IMG/VR virus record: IMGVR_UViG_3300042868_010004
Coordinates: 127,123 to 191,122 of that record
Reading direction: 5' to 3' (one strand)
DNA: 64,000 bases
DNA from: a virus
The notes beneath the pieces were generated by a model. It made no database searches. It saw only the letters and a program-made list of their open reading frames with translations, and had not been told where the DNA came from. A program made the translations under genes and the position numbers. The number at the start of each line of letters is the position of its first letter. Position 1 is the first letter of the stretch. This document shows, piece after piece, positions 9,599 to 19,100 of the stretch.

Positions 9599-11293
9599 AT
9601 GAGTCAAAAACAAACCCAGACAAATCAGTCGGCAGAGCATTATATTAGAGAGTTTGCGAAAAATAATTCAGCCTCAGAGACTCGAAAGGAGATTGGAAAA
9701 TTCTTCGGTTTGAAGAAGACGGCTAGAAATAATAAGTTCCGCAAGATGTTCGGGCGGATTGATTGGGGCTCAGAAGGTTGCGTTTCGTGCTCGGGAGAGG
9801 TTCAGATTGGTGGGGGCGAGGATAAGATTTATACAATGGAAGATAAAACAAATAGCATGTCCGAACTTACACTTCAAGAGAGTAAAGAATTGTTAAAATT
9901 TGAACTAGTTGAATCACATAAAACCTTTGAAGATTATTGTAAGGAGCGGTGGGGGATTAGCCGGGGAGAGGCTTACCGCCAAATTGGAGCGGCCTCCGTG
10001 GTTGAAGACTTAGCGAAGGGGCAAAATATCATCCTTCCGACCGCTATTTCACAAACCCGCGCTTTGCAAAAATTGAAAACTCCCGAAGAGCGCCGGAAAG
10101 CATGGGAGAAGGCGGGTAAAATTTCTAATGGGGCTGTTACGGCTGAAGTTGTCGAAAAGGTGGTGGAGGGGGTTCTGAAAAACGAAGGAAAACCCGCAAG
10201 TGGCTCTGGGGTAAAGGGTTCGGCGGCTCCGAAAGTTGATATTAAAGGAGATAAGGCGACGGTGGAAACGAAAGGAACGGAAGGTATTGAGACACTTCAA
10301 GATTTAGTCGCTTACTGCAATATTGATTTGGATGTATGGGAATGCACTTCTTTCCGCCATTCAACTTGGGATGGGAAAATTGGCGTTAGGGCCGAATTTG
10401 TTCGCATTAAGGGTAAGCAGGAGTTCGCGGACATTTTGAAGACTTTTATTGAGAAAGCCGCCGCTCACTCTCCACAAGAATTCATTTACAAGAAACCAAA
10501 TGCTGAGGCCGACTCTTTTTATATTTTGTCAATTGTTGACCCACATTTTGGAAAACTTGCAGAATCACAAAGCACTGGGTATGAGGACTATAAGATTGAA
10601 ATTGCAAAGGATTATTATCGGAAAACCGTTGATGATTTGCTGAATGGTGCTGACTTAAATCGAGTGAAGAAGATTGGTCTTATTGTAGCCAGTGACGCAA
10701 TCCATATTGAAAACGAAAGAATGGAAACCTCTAGTGGAACACGAATTGATGGTGATTCTCGTTGGCACAAAATTTTTGATGATACCTGTTCTTTAATGGT
10801 TGAGACCGTGGAGCGTCTTGCGGCCCAGTTCGAGGTTGAGGTTATCGTCATTCCGGGCAATCATAGTCGCCTAACGGAATACGCAATGGGGGCATATATT
10901 AAGAGTTATTTCCGAAAGCATGAAAACGTAAGCGTCGATAACCGCCCACTTCCCCGAAAATACTTCTCATATGGAAAGACTTTAGTGGGAATATGTCACG
11001 GTGACGGCGTGCGGAAGTTAGAAGATCTAGGGGCCGTTCTTTTCCGAGAGAATTTAGAAACCCTTTCTAATCATAAGCATTTTTATTATCTAAGTGGCCA
11101 TCGCCATCGCTTCGGTTCCGTAATTGATGATCGCGGGGTTCGCATCTTTGTATCTGGCGCTATTTGCCCCCCTGATAAATGGCACAGCGAGGGAAATATG
11201 ACCGGGGCCGTTCAGTCAGCGGAGGGCTATATGTTTAGCGCGGAAAATGGACTTTCCCAAATCGTATTTAGTAAACCGCTTAACAAAAAATAA
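9599..11293 (+). CDS. calcineurin-like metallophosphoesterase with inserted helical domain
   Basis: DPHFG, SDAIH, IPGNHS, CHGD, SGHRH; insert aa ~80-195 with TFEDYCKERWG. Confidence 0.8.
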   Translation: MSQKQTQTNQSAEHYIREFAKNNSASETRKEIGKFFGLKKTARNNKFRKMFGRIDWGSEGCVSCSGEVQIGGGEDKIYTMEDKTNSMSELTLQESKELLKFELVESHKTFEDYCKERWGISRGEAYRQIGAASVVEDLAKGQNIILPTAISQTRALQKLKTPEERRKAWEKAGKISNGAVTAEVVEKVVEGVLKNEGKPASGSGVKGSAAPKVDIKGDKATVETKGTEGIETLQDLVAYCNIDLDVWECTSFRHSTWDGKIGVRAEFVRIKGKQEFADILKTFIEKAAAHSPQEFIYKKPNAEADSFYILSIVDPHFGKLAESQSTGYEDYKIEIAKDYYRKTVDDLLNGADLNRVKKIGLIVASDAIHIENERMETSSGTRIDGDSRWHKIFDDTCSLMVETVERLAAQFEVEVIVIPGNHSRLTEYAMGAYIKSYFRKHENVSVDNRPLPRKYFSYGKTLVGICHGDGVRKLEDLGAVLFRENLETLSNHKHFYYLSGHRHRFGSVIDDRGVRIFVSGAICPPDKWHSEGNMTGAVQSAEGYMFSAENGLSQIVFSKPLNKK

Positions 11294-11300
11294 TAATCTT

Positions 11301-12017
11301 ATGTCTAAACTAGTAATTATCACATCAAAAATCGAAGATTCCGCGCGGAATTATTTTGCAGATTGCCCCGTTGAAGTCGGGAGCACGCATGTAGTTCTTC
11401 CTATCGGGTTTTTATCAAAATTTATTGAAAGTCAGGAATTGGATAAAGAGATCGAAATTCGTTACATCAATCCAAACCCAGCGGATAAAGTCAATGCCTG
11501 TCTGACGGAAATTAAAAACGCTCTCGGGGGCTCGTCCGAAGAAATCGAAAAAATCACAGCCGCAATTAACAAATTTGCCAGCGAGGTTTTGGAGAGTAAC
11601 AAAATTCTAGAGGGTTTTTCAGGCATTCGGGCCAAGTTCTTTGTCACCGAGAAGGAATTGGAAGAAGCCATCCGGCGAGTCGGTTCATCTGCCGAAGAGG
11701 CCGGGGTTAGCTTTGACGAACTAATTTCCCTCGTGGAGGAGGCACAGAAGATTAGCGCTCGCGGCGGCGCAATCATCGGGAACGCCTTGAAAACAATCTT
11801 CACCCGACTTCAGAGAGAAGATGTTCAGAAGGAATTATGTTGGCTCGGTATTAAGGTCGCCAAGGGGAATCGGACCGGGGCGGTTGAGATTTTAAAAGAT
11901 CTGGCGATTAAGTTTGATTCTCTGGAAGAAAAAGACCAGCAGAATATTCTTGAATTGCTTGGCGGGGTATTTCAGATGAGTATCTTAAAGGCTATTCTGG
12001 TCGGTATTAAATCTTAA
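11301..12017 (+). CDS. stand-alone TP901-type tape-measure core-domain protein
   Basis: AIRRVGSSAEEAGVSFDEL..ARGGAIIGNALKTIFTRLQ..LGI..EILKDLA. Confidence 0.65.
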   Translation: MSKLVIITSKIEDSARNYFADCPVEVGSTHVVLPIGFLSKFIESQELDKEIEIRYINPNPADKVNACLTEIKNALGGSSEEIEKITAAINKFASEVLESNKILEGFSGIRAKFFVTEKELEEAIRRVGSSAEEAGVSFDELISLVEEAQKISARGGAIIGNALKTIFTRLQREDVQKELCWLGIKVAKGNRTGAVEILKDLAIKFDSLEEKDQQNILELLGGVFQMSILKAILVGIKS

Positions 12018-12025
12018 ATTAATTT

Positions 12026-12223
12026 ATGTCAAACACAAATCAAAACAAAGACAAACTCAGTCAAGCCAATCAAGGTATCGACAAAGCCCAAGACGAAGCC
12101 AAGGCAATTCAGTCCCAAGGCATTAAGTCATACCTATTTGAACGGAAAGTCAGTATGAAACTCGTCTGGTTCCTATCGAGCCTCGCAGGTGCATTCCTTG
12201 CGGGCGTTATTCTGGCTTGGTGA
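12026..12223 (+). CDS. small membrane protein
   Basis: C-terminal hydrophobic helix LVWFLSSLAGAFLAGVILAW. Confidence 0.65.
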   Translation: MSNTNQNKDKLSQANQGIDKAQDEAKAIQSQGIKSYLFERKVSMKLVWFLSSLAGAFLAGVILAW

Positions 12224-12239
12224 TTCGGAGATTAGCACG

Positions 12240-12277
12240 AAACCGCTCGCTGGCTAATAACCTTCGGGCGGTTTTTC
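12240..12277 (+). terminator. Rho-independent terminator
   Basis: AAACCGCTCG / CGGGCGGTTT stem followed by T-run. Confidence 0.55.
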
Positions 12278-12278
12278 G

Positions 12279-12306
12279 TTGACAGATACCAAGAAAACAG
12301 CATCAT
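12279..12306 (+). promoter_or_regulatory. sigma70-like promoter for dnaB
   Basis: TTGACA-N16-CATCAT. Confidence 0.55.
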
Positions 12307-12323
12307 GAAACAGTAAATCATAT

Positions 12324-13871
12324 ATGGCATCAAAATCCCTTTTTTCAGTTGAAATTGAACAGTCAATCCTTGCAATTCTCTTACAATACCCCGAATCCTA
12401 TGTAGAAATCCCCTTCATCAACTCAAAAGATTTCTCTCGGCAGAACTCCCCGATCTTCGCCGTTATATCAAACATTGTTGAGAATAAGGGTCGCCCGGAT
12501 GAAATTGTGGTAGCCGAAAAACTGAAATCCCTCGGGATTACATTGGAGGGGCTTGAGGTGGGTGATTTCTGCTCTGCATTGAAAATCCGCCCTGTCGATA
12601 AACGGAATATTTTGGATTTGGCTAAAGCCTTAAAGAAGAAAACTCTCATCCGAACCATCCACGAGAACGCAATCAAAGTTCAGAAGGAGGTTTTGGAAAA
12701 TGAGGATAAATCGGCGAAGGAATTGGTTGGAATCGCGGATAAGTATTTGGGAGAATCTTTAATTAGCATTACCCAGAATGAGCGTGAGGCGAAGAACCTT
12801 CTGGAAGAACTTCCTTCCGTGATTGAAGAAATGGGCAATCCGGAAAATATCAGTGATTTTATCAACATGCCGTATAAAACATGGAATGATATTATCGGGC
12901 CACTTCGTCCGGGACAGATTTACATGTGGGCGGCTCGACAAGGATCAAAAAAATCTACTTTACTCCTTGATATTACGCGAGATATAGCAGCGGCCAATCC
13001 AGACAAGGAAGATATGGCTGTATTATTTTTAGATTCCGAGATGACAATTAATGACGCCATCGTTCGTTATGTTGCGGGAAATATTGGTTGTCCACCATTC
13101 TTGATGGATTCTAAGAAATGGAAATTTTCGAAAGAGTGGGCTCCCAAAATTAATGAGGAGGTTCGGCGCATTCAAAACTTAAAACATAAGAATATTTGGT
13201 TTGAACCCATCGGGAATATGGGAATGTCAGAGGTTGAGAAATTTGTCAAACGATGGAAATTGACTAAGTGCGGTCGTTCACGTTCTTCTGTTATCGTATA
13301 TGATTATTTCAAGTTGAATAACAACGACAAGAAAGAGCTTAATTCAAAAGAGGGAGAGCACAGTCAGTCCTACCAGAAGATCGAAATAATTAAAGATCTT
13401 TGTGACTGGACAACCTCCCCGCTTCTTTCTGCTCTACAACAAAATCGTTCTGGTGATATTCTTAGTAAAGATGGTCCGGACGATTCCTCGGCATCGAATT
13501 CCCTCAGTGATAGGATCGGATGGTTGGTTGCAGTTCTGGCTATTCTTCGTGGGCGCACTCCTGATGAAATGCTGAATGATTCAACTCCGGAGATGAAAGC
13601 CCCGTCAAATAAAATGATTTTTCAGAAGACTCGCTACCTGTGGGAACATGGTCCAGCGTTTTTGAATTACATTAGGGTTGGCAAGGGTAAAGACGTTAAA
13701 TATACCCCGAACTTCATGAATTTCGATATTACCAACTTCAAAGTGACCGATTGCGGCACGCAGGACCAATGGCTTATTAAGACGGGTCAGCAGGCCGTAA
13801 AAATCAATAAAGCAGTTAGCGAATCGAAACTTATTAAGGAGGCGGATAAGGGTGAAGAACCTGCATTTTGA
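12324..13871 (+). CDS. dnaB: DnaB-like replicative helicase
   Basis: N-terminal EIEQSILAILL; AARQGSKKST (variant Walker A), FLDSEM, VYDYFK, ALQQNR. Confidence 0.9.
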   Translation: MASKSLFSVEIEQSILAILLQYPESYVEIPFINSKDFSRQNSPIFAVISNIVENKGRPDEIVVAEKLKSLGITLEGLEVGDFCSALKIRPVDKRNILDLAKALKKKTLIRTIHENAIKVQKEVLENEDKSAKELVGIADKYLGESLISITQNEREAKNLLEELPSVIEEMGNPENISDFINMPYKTWNDIIGPLRPGQIYMWAARQGSKKSTLLLDITRDIAAANPDKEDMAVLFLDSEMTINDAIVRYVAGNIGCPPFLMDSKKWKFSKEWAPKINEEVRRIQNLKHKNIWFEPIGNMGMSEVEKFVKRWKLTKCGRSRSSVIVYDYFKLNNNDKKELNSKEGEHSQSYQKIEIIKDLCDWTTSPLLSALQQNRSGDILSKDGPDDSSASNSLSDRIGWLVAVLAILRGRTPDEMLNDSTPEMKAPSNKMIFQKTRYLWEHGPAFLNYIRVGKGKDVKYTPNFMNFDITNFKVTDCGTQDQWLIKTGQQAVKINKAVSESKLIKEADKGEEPAF

Positions 13872-13969
13872 TGAATGTCATTGATTTAGATAAAATATTC
13901 TATCTCGGGATTCAAGCTATTGTTTTTAGCGACAATATTACAAATTTCAATAAATCTATTCACTTCTAA
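13871..13969 (+). pseudogene. truncated 5' stub of the primase gene
   Basis: ATG overlaps dnaB TGA; MNVIDLDKI vs primase MNKIDLEKL (21/27 nt identical to 15157-15183). Confidence 0.55.
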
Positions 13970-14953
13970 CTCCTGCTTCATTCTATTAATATCCCAAATA
14001 CATAATACAACATTGTCTTTCACATATCCCTTTCCTGAGTCAATTCTGTCTATACTCAAAACATTTTTATGGTTTGGTTTCCACGATAATAACTCACCGG
14101 AATAAAAACAAAAACCTTTCTGTTTTTTGAAGATTTGTAACATATACTCTAAATCTATATTAAAATCCCAATTCATTTTCAAACATCGACTCTTACCAAA
14201 TTTAATTTTCTGTTTCAACATTTGCTCTAGTATTAATCTTTTGTTTTTATTTTCATTTTTTCGATCTAGAATTTTTTTATATTTATAAGTGATTTTAAGT
14301 TTTTCGCATCTATGGATAATGGAAATGTCACTTCGGATGAGAGTTTTGGAGATTTCATCAATATCAATATTATTATCGAGCATATCAATCAATAGGCGGT
14401 CTTCCTCTTCACACCAAGACCGGCCACCCTTGGGGTTTCTAAACCCATATTGCCGACATATATATTCCACGGTCTCTAGGGGCAACTCCGTTTTGATGCT
14501 TATAATCTTTTTTGTAAATTTTTTATTTTCTAACATGTTTTTAATGTCAGATAAAAGGCTATCGGAATATTTTCTGGAGGAAATAGAACTAGTCTGATAT
14601 CCCTTGTCCGAGCCATTGAACTCTGATTTTCTGACTAGCCCGAGTTTTTTTGAGACACCCTCTGCTTCATAAGTGGTAAGCCCTAATTTAGACCCAATTT
14701 CTGACATTGGTAAATTCTCGAAAAATAAATTTCTAAATTTTAAAACAAATGAATCTTCAAATGTTACCCCTTTTTTGAATTTATATTTCTTTCTGATCCC
14801 TATTTTGCCCTTTCTTGCGTCTATGGCGGGGCGCGTAGTCCCCATCTCGACAGCAATTTCAAATACCCCCTTGCCTTTTTCGCACAGAGATATAAGTTTT
14901 TCATCCAGTTCCTTTGTCCACTTAATTTTTGGTAGATTTGATGTGTTTTTCAT
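13886..14953 (-). CDS. HNH-like (His-Me finger) homing endonuclease with Myb-like repeats
   Basis: WTKELDEKL, WCEEEDRLL; FNIDLEY..KQKGFCFYSG..SIDRIDSGKGY; likely ATG 14953. Confidence 0.8.
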   Translation of the reverse strand: MKNTSNLPKIKWTKELDEKLISLCEKGKGVFEIAVEMGTTRPAIDARKGKIGIRKKYKFKKGVTFEDSFVLKFRNLFFENLPMSEIGSKLGLTTYEAEGVSKKLGLVRKSEFNGSDKGYQTSSISSRKYSDSLLSDIKNMLENKKFTKKIISIKTELPLETVEYICRQYGFRNPKGGRSWCEEEDRLLIDMLDNNIDIDEISKTLIRSDISIIHRCEKLKITYKYKKILDRKNENKNKRLILEQMLKQKIKFGKSRCLKMNWDFNIDLEYMLQIFKKQKGFCFYSGELLSWKPNHKNVLSIDRIDSGKGYVKDNVVLCIWDINRMKQELEVNRFIEICNIVAKNNSLNPEIEYFI

Positions 14954-15074
14954 ATTGTTCAGTAATCCCGTTTGAAATAATAGTAACAAGCTTAAGGCCG
15001 CTTAACTTAGCGATCTCTCTTAGCTTGGCGTCTGTTTCTGGCTTTAACTCCAAATTTAATCTTTTGATGCTCAT
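14922..15074 (-). CDS. ribbon-helix-helix (CopG/Arc-like) protein, 50 aa
   Basis: Manual translation MSIKRLNLELKPETDAKLREIAKLSGLKLVTIISNGITEQYEKHIKSTKN*; overlaps HNH start. Confidence 0.7.
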   Translation of the reverse strand: MSIKRLNLELKPETDAKLREIAKLSGLKLVTIISNGITEQYEKHIKSTKN

Positions 15075-15156
15075 ACTACACCAGTTTACACCAAATCATT
15101 CAAGCGGAGAAAAATTATCTTGCTGTTCCTCGAAAATTTAGAAAAATCCCACGTAA

Positions 15157-16068
15157 ATGAATAAGATTGATTTGGAAAAATTAGAAAACAAAGTAACCCA
15201 ATCGGACGGTTCTTGGGTTTGTTTTTGTCCTGCGTGTGGAGAAGAGGGGCGTAATTTACGGTCTAAGAATCACTTGCGCGTTTGGCCCGACTTGCGTTTC
15301 AATTGTGTCGTTAGCACGGGGGACCGCCAGCACAACTCAAGAATTCTCCAATTAGTCGGAACCGAATCGGACGGAATACTGACTCATTATACCGCCCGAA
15401 CTGAAGAGCCCAAAATTAAACAACCCGCGACTTGGCCGCTATCCATTCTCGACAAGCTGATTTTTGATTATTCCTATTTCGAATCCCGAGGAATCAGTGC
15501 GGAGACTCAAAAGCATTTCCGAATGGGCGTGGCGAGCAGTGGGCAGTTGAATGGCCGGGCGATTCTCCCTATTTTATCCCCGCAGAAAGATAAAATTATC
15601 GGGTTCACGGGCCGACTCATAAATTATACTAAATGGCACAAGGAAAACAAGATACCCAAATGGAAACATCTCAATCCGTCCGGCAGTTTCCTGCTTGTTG
15701 GTGATGAATTTTCTATTCGCGAATCCCGAACAATCCTCATAACGGAAGGCCCAGCAGACATTCTAGCACTATATGAAGCCGGAATACGGAATACAATCTG
15801 CTTATTCGGAACGACAATCAGTTCAAAGCAACTTGGTTTTCTAATTAAGAGCAATCCATTAAAAATTGTAATTGGATTGAATAACGAACCCGGAAATAAA
15901 AATATTGGCGGGATCGCTGCCGAAAAGCTCCGGAAGACTCTTTTGAATTATTTCTCGGAAGAAAGGATAATTATTGCGCTCCCGAAGGCTAAGGACTACA
16001 ATGACTGGCTTTTGGAAAAAAATGGAAAATCAGAGCTTGACGAATACCGAAAAACATGGCTTCCTTGA
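15157..16068 (+). CDS. dnaG: DnaG-like DNA primase
   Basis: Zn finger CPAC..H..C; YFESRGI, IIGFTGR, KWKH, TOPRIM ITEGPADILAL, KDYND. Confidence 0.88.
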   Translation: MNKIDLEKLENKVTQSDGSWVCFCPACGEEGRNLRSKNHLRVWPDLRFNCVVSTGDRQHNSRILQLVGTESDGILTHYTARTEEPKIKQPATWPLSILDKLIFDYSYFESRGISAETQKHFRMGVASSGQLNGRAILPILSPQKDKIIGFTGRLINYTKWHKENKIPKWKHLNPSGSFLLVGDEFSIRESRTILITEGPADILALYEAGIRNTICLFGTTISSKQLGFLIKSNPLKIVIGLNNEPGNKNIGGIAAEKLRKTLLNYFSEERIIIALPKAKDYNDWLLEKNGKSELDEYRKTWLP

Positions 16069-16072
16069 TTGT

Positions 16073-16336
16073 ATGGAAAACGAACACCAGCCCAACATCC
16101 CAATTCTGAAAACCCACGTCTATTTTCAGAACCGCGTCTTCTTCGTTTCAACGATTGAACGAACATACGATACCTACGCAGGCTCCTCTCGGGGAAATGA
16201 GACTATGGCATGGGAGGTCGATCCTAAGACTCTGGCCAGAGGGGCTTGGTTGTATCAAGGCGGCGGGCCGAATGACCATTTTGATGTTTGCCGACAATTG
16301 GTTCTAAGTGGGGAAATTAAGGAAAAGGATGAATAA
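16073..16336 (+). CDS. hypothetical protein
   Basis: ATG 16073 within ORF 15974..16336. Confidence 0.6.
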   Translation: MENEHQPNIPILKTHVYFQNRVFFVSTIERTYDTYAGSSRGNETMAWEVDPKTLARGAWLYQGGGPNDHFDVCRQLVLSGEIKEKDE

Positions 16337-16511
16337 AGAAATAGAACTTTTCCCCGGACAGAAAGACAAGACAAAACCTCTGTTCAAAACAAAAAAAGAA
16401 TATCGGGAGTGGTGTGATCATTTTTGTGAAAAAGTCGCCCCGCAATTAGAAGAACTGAGAATTAAAAGAATGAAATCCGAGCGGGAATCACTAATCAGAA
16501 TTGTAGATTGA
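16329..16511 (+). CDS. hypothetical protein
   Basis: Packed + strand ORF. Confidence 0.55.
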   Translation: MNKEIELFPGQKDKTKPLFKTKKEYREWCDHFCEKVAPQLEELRIKRMKSERESLIRIVD

Positions 16512-16972
16512 AAATAAAACCAACAGATATGATCGACCAAATACCAGAATCAATTCGGAAAATTATTAAGAATCTGAGGGGACAGGACGGCAGATGCACG
16601 AATTTACCGATCTTCTGCGTTCAGAAGAAAGAGCGGACTTACGGATTTGATCCCCATTGGTCCGACGAGTTCATTTGGATGGACAGAAGTGAAGAGGTAT
16701 ATGATGAAGACTTGCTTGCCGTTCTAAATAAAAAAGACGAAATGCATGACGATATTGACTACCGATTTTACAAATGCTATTACCGGGACACTTGGCTTTC
16801 CGTCCAACCATTCCTAACCGAAGTCGGCGCGCAAGCATACATTGACTGCAATGCACACAATCTTGGCGGGAAGGAGAACTGTCGGATCTATGTTGAGTCC
16901 GGCTGGCGGAATGCTGAATGGCAAGAAATTCGATCTTTCCTCTTGACTCTGGACGCTAAAGCAACAGACTGA
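16508..16972 (+). CDS. Ead/Ea22-associated-type phage protein
   Basis: TNLPIFCVQKKERTYG..FLTEVGAQAYI..HNL..RIYVESGWRNAEW, recalled motif. Confidence 0.5.
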   Translation: MKIKPTDMIDQIPESIRKIIKNLRGQDGRCTNLPIFCVQKKERTYGFDPHWSDEFIWMDRSEEVYDEDLLAVLNKKDEMHDDIDYRFYKCYYRDTWLSVQPFLTEVGAQAYIDCNAHNLGGKENCRIYVESGWRNAEWQEIRSFLLTLDAKATD

Positions 16973-16991
16973 ACTCGCATAAACCCTCATT

Positions 16992-17327
16992 ATGAAAACC
17001 TCCTACCAACCCACCCTTGAACTAACCCCCGAACAGAAAACCGCAATTCGTTTGCGTTATCCCAAGGTCGATCTTGATGAAATACCTTATGTCGGAACTC
17101 TGAGGTCTCTGGATTGCTCGTTCGATCACGAATTCGGCACGCAGAAAAAGATTGAGTTTGCCATTGATTGGTTGGAAGTAGGATTTGACACTCTGGAGGG
17201 CATTAATCCACATACGCATTTCACTCTGATTGATCGTTCGGTGGAGTTGAGTCAAGCCTTGTTTGTCTTAACGGAGAGCCAGAAGGAATTGGTGATTCGG
17301 AACCTAATGTTGACGACCGTTGATTAA
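16992..17327 (+). CDS. hypothetical protein
   Basis: Packed + strand ORF. Confidence 0.65.
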   Translation: MKTSYQPTLELTPEQKTAIRLRYPKVDLDEIPYVGTLRSLDCSFDHEFGTQKKIEFAIDWLEVGFDTLEGINPHTHFTLIDRSVELSQALFVLTESQKELVIRNLMLTTVD

Positions 17328-17331
17328 ATTT

Positions 17332-17580
17332 ATGACAAAAAGTGACCTATGGGCGGAAATTAGTAAGAAGAATCCGGGTTTTAACTCCGAGGGGAATGTA
17401 ACGCTGAGTGCAAAAGGTTTGCGGAAGATGTTTGATCTAGCCTATGGCAAGGGATTCGATCAAGGGAAAGCTGTCTCGGCGGCTTTGAACGATCTTGCAA
17501 AAAGCGCAAACGGATTTGACGCAGGCGGAATGAATGAAATGAATGCTTTCAAGGATATTTTCGGAGGGCTCGGAAAATGA
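17332..17580 (+). CDS. hypothetical protein
   Basis: Packed + strand ORF. Confidence 0.65.
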   Translation: MTKSDLWAEISKKNPGFNSEGNVTLSAKGLRKMFDLAYGKGFDQGKAVSAALNDLAKSANGFDAGGMNEMNAFKDIFGGLGK

Positions 17581-17783
17581 TTAAAGTTCAACAAGAGGGC
17601 TGCCCAGTTTACTTCAAGCAAACCGATGACGGGGTTTTGGTTTCGGCCCATACTGATTTGGGCGAATTTTATACTTCGATTCATCTGTATAACTGGTCCC
17701 CTGCCGAACTCCGATATGTCGCGGAGGCATTAGAAGAAGCACGGGCGAATGGCGGGCGACTCATAATGGAAATTAAATCTTAA
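17577..17783 (+). CDS. hypothetical protein
   Basis: ATGA overlap. Confidence 0.6.
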   Translation: MIKVQQEGCPVYFKQTDDGVLVSAHTDLGEFYTSIHLYNWSPAELRYVAEALEEARANGGRLIMEIKS

Positions 17784-17789
17784 AAAATC

Positions 17790-18131
17790 ATGAAAGAACA
17801 AATTAAATATCCAATTACAGTTTATTCGGTCGATGAGACTCATTCTTACGGGGCCGACAAGCGGGGCGCGATATCGTCCATAGTCTTTGAATCAGAACCG
17901 GATAATTCAAAAAATCACCATTTTGATAGTCTTTATCATCGAATTAATGGTGATTATTTTTATGAGTGCTATTCTTATTATGACGGTATGACAGAAACGA
18001 AGTATTATCTCAATCCGAACAAGGCAAAGGCTCGGGCCAAAGAATTGACTGAAAAGGCATTGGCGGCGGCTAGGGAATGTGTGGAGAAACTTGAGAAACA
18101 ATTAAAAGACATTGGGGGGTTTGGGGGATGA
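17790..18131 (+). CDS. hypothetical protein
   Basis: Packed + strand ORF. Confidence 0.65.
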   Translation: MKEQIKYPITVYSVDETHSYGADKRGAISSIVFESEPDNSKNHHFDSLYHRINGDYFYECYSYYDGMTETKYYLNPNKAKARAKELTEKALAAARECVEKLEKQLKDIGGFGG

Positions 18132-18439
18132 ATAAGCAGAAAAACAAAATTCGGTCAGTCTTCTTTGTTGAGATCCGCCGACGAACAAAAAACGGTTCCG
18201 AGAATGAGTGTTTGCGACAGAATTTCGGCGGGTTTTCAACCATTCGGAAGGCCCAAAAATACATTCAGAAGGAAGGGCGGCAGATTGTTCGGGATTTTGC
18301 TCGCGGACATGCAAGAAAGGATTTGTTCTTTGCGGTTCTCCGCATGGAGGTTGATTGTCCCGGCTGGGAGTGGCCGATGGCGGAAATTGCTCTTGACCTG
18401 AACGGGAAAGAAACTTATTGGTTTCGGGCTAAAAAATGA
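18128..18439 (+). CDS. hypothetical protein
   Basis: ATGA overlaps both ends. Confidence 0.65.
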   Translation: MNKQKNKIRSVFFVEIRRRTKNGSENECLRQNFGGFSTIRKAQKYIQKEGRQIVRDFARGHARKDLFFAVLRMEVDCPGWEWPMAEIALDLNGKETYWFRAKK

Positions 18440-18726
18440 AAAAACAAAATAAATCTATCCGTTCATCCAATTGGGCTCGCCGACTGAAAAGAAGTCTCGG
18501 GCAAGGATCGGCGTATGAGGAAGGAATACAGATTGCGGAAAAGCTGCTTTCGGGCGAAATTCCGTCCGTCTTCCTGAATCATAATGATGAGAATGGCGAA
18601 TGGATGTGGTCAATTCAGCCTTTTGTTACTTTTGGGAATTTGGGAGAGTATTGGTTGGATGCCAAGAAAACCAAGAAAGAGGCCGAGCAGGTTTGCCGGG
18701 AGATGGGGTGGAAGATCAAAAAATGA
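18436..18726 (+). CDS. hypothetical protein
   Basis: ATGA overlaps both ends. Confidence 0.65.
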   Translation: MKKQNKSIRSSNWARRLKRSLGQGSAYEEGIQIAEKLLSGEIPSVFLNHNDENGEWMWSIQPFVTFGNLGEYWLDAKKTKKEAEQVCREMGWKIKK

Positions 18727-19100
18727 AATCTGAACAATATTTCTCTATAAAAGAAGGCGACGTAGTAACATTTGATGTTTTAACTTGGGATGAGGGTTAT
18801 GAATTTGGAGCGCCATGCCTAATGCTCTCACCGGTTATCCGAGAAAACAGCGATTCCCATGCGGAAGCAATGATTGAGGACATTTGCATTGATTTAGTCT
18901 GTCAAGACAAGATCGTCCAGAATAACGAATCCGATCAAATTGAATGGCGCGGTTGGAATCTCAAATATCTCAGGTGGAAATTTAACGAGGCTTTAGCCGG
19001 GAAGAAGTTCCCCAAAATGAATTATCAGGCGACCCGGAAAAAAGTTAAGTTTATCAAAGATAAAAGGGGAGAATTGATTTGGGAGGATATCTCGGAATGA
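18723..19100 (+). CDS. hypothetical protein
   Basis: ATG 18723 within ORF 18600..19100. Confidence 0.65.
   Translation: MKSEQYFSIKEGDVVTFDVLTWDEGYEFGAPCLMLSPVIRENSDSHAEAMIEDICIDLVCQDKIVQNNESDQIEWRGWNLKYLRWKFNEALAGKKFPKMNYQATRKKVKFIKDKRGELIWEDISE

Larger units (their letters stand above)
13886..15156 (-). mobile_element. inverted RHH + HNH cassette between dnaB and primase
   Basis: One of only two real minus-strand units; AT-rich; flanked by duplicated primase 5' end. Confidence 0.65.

Noticed and set aside
15860-15900. Inactive primase because the TOPRIM DxD reads NNE
   Set aside because: Other primase motifs are intact and it is the only primase next to dnaB; cannot call it inactive without an alignment.
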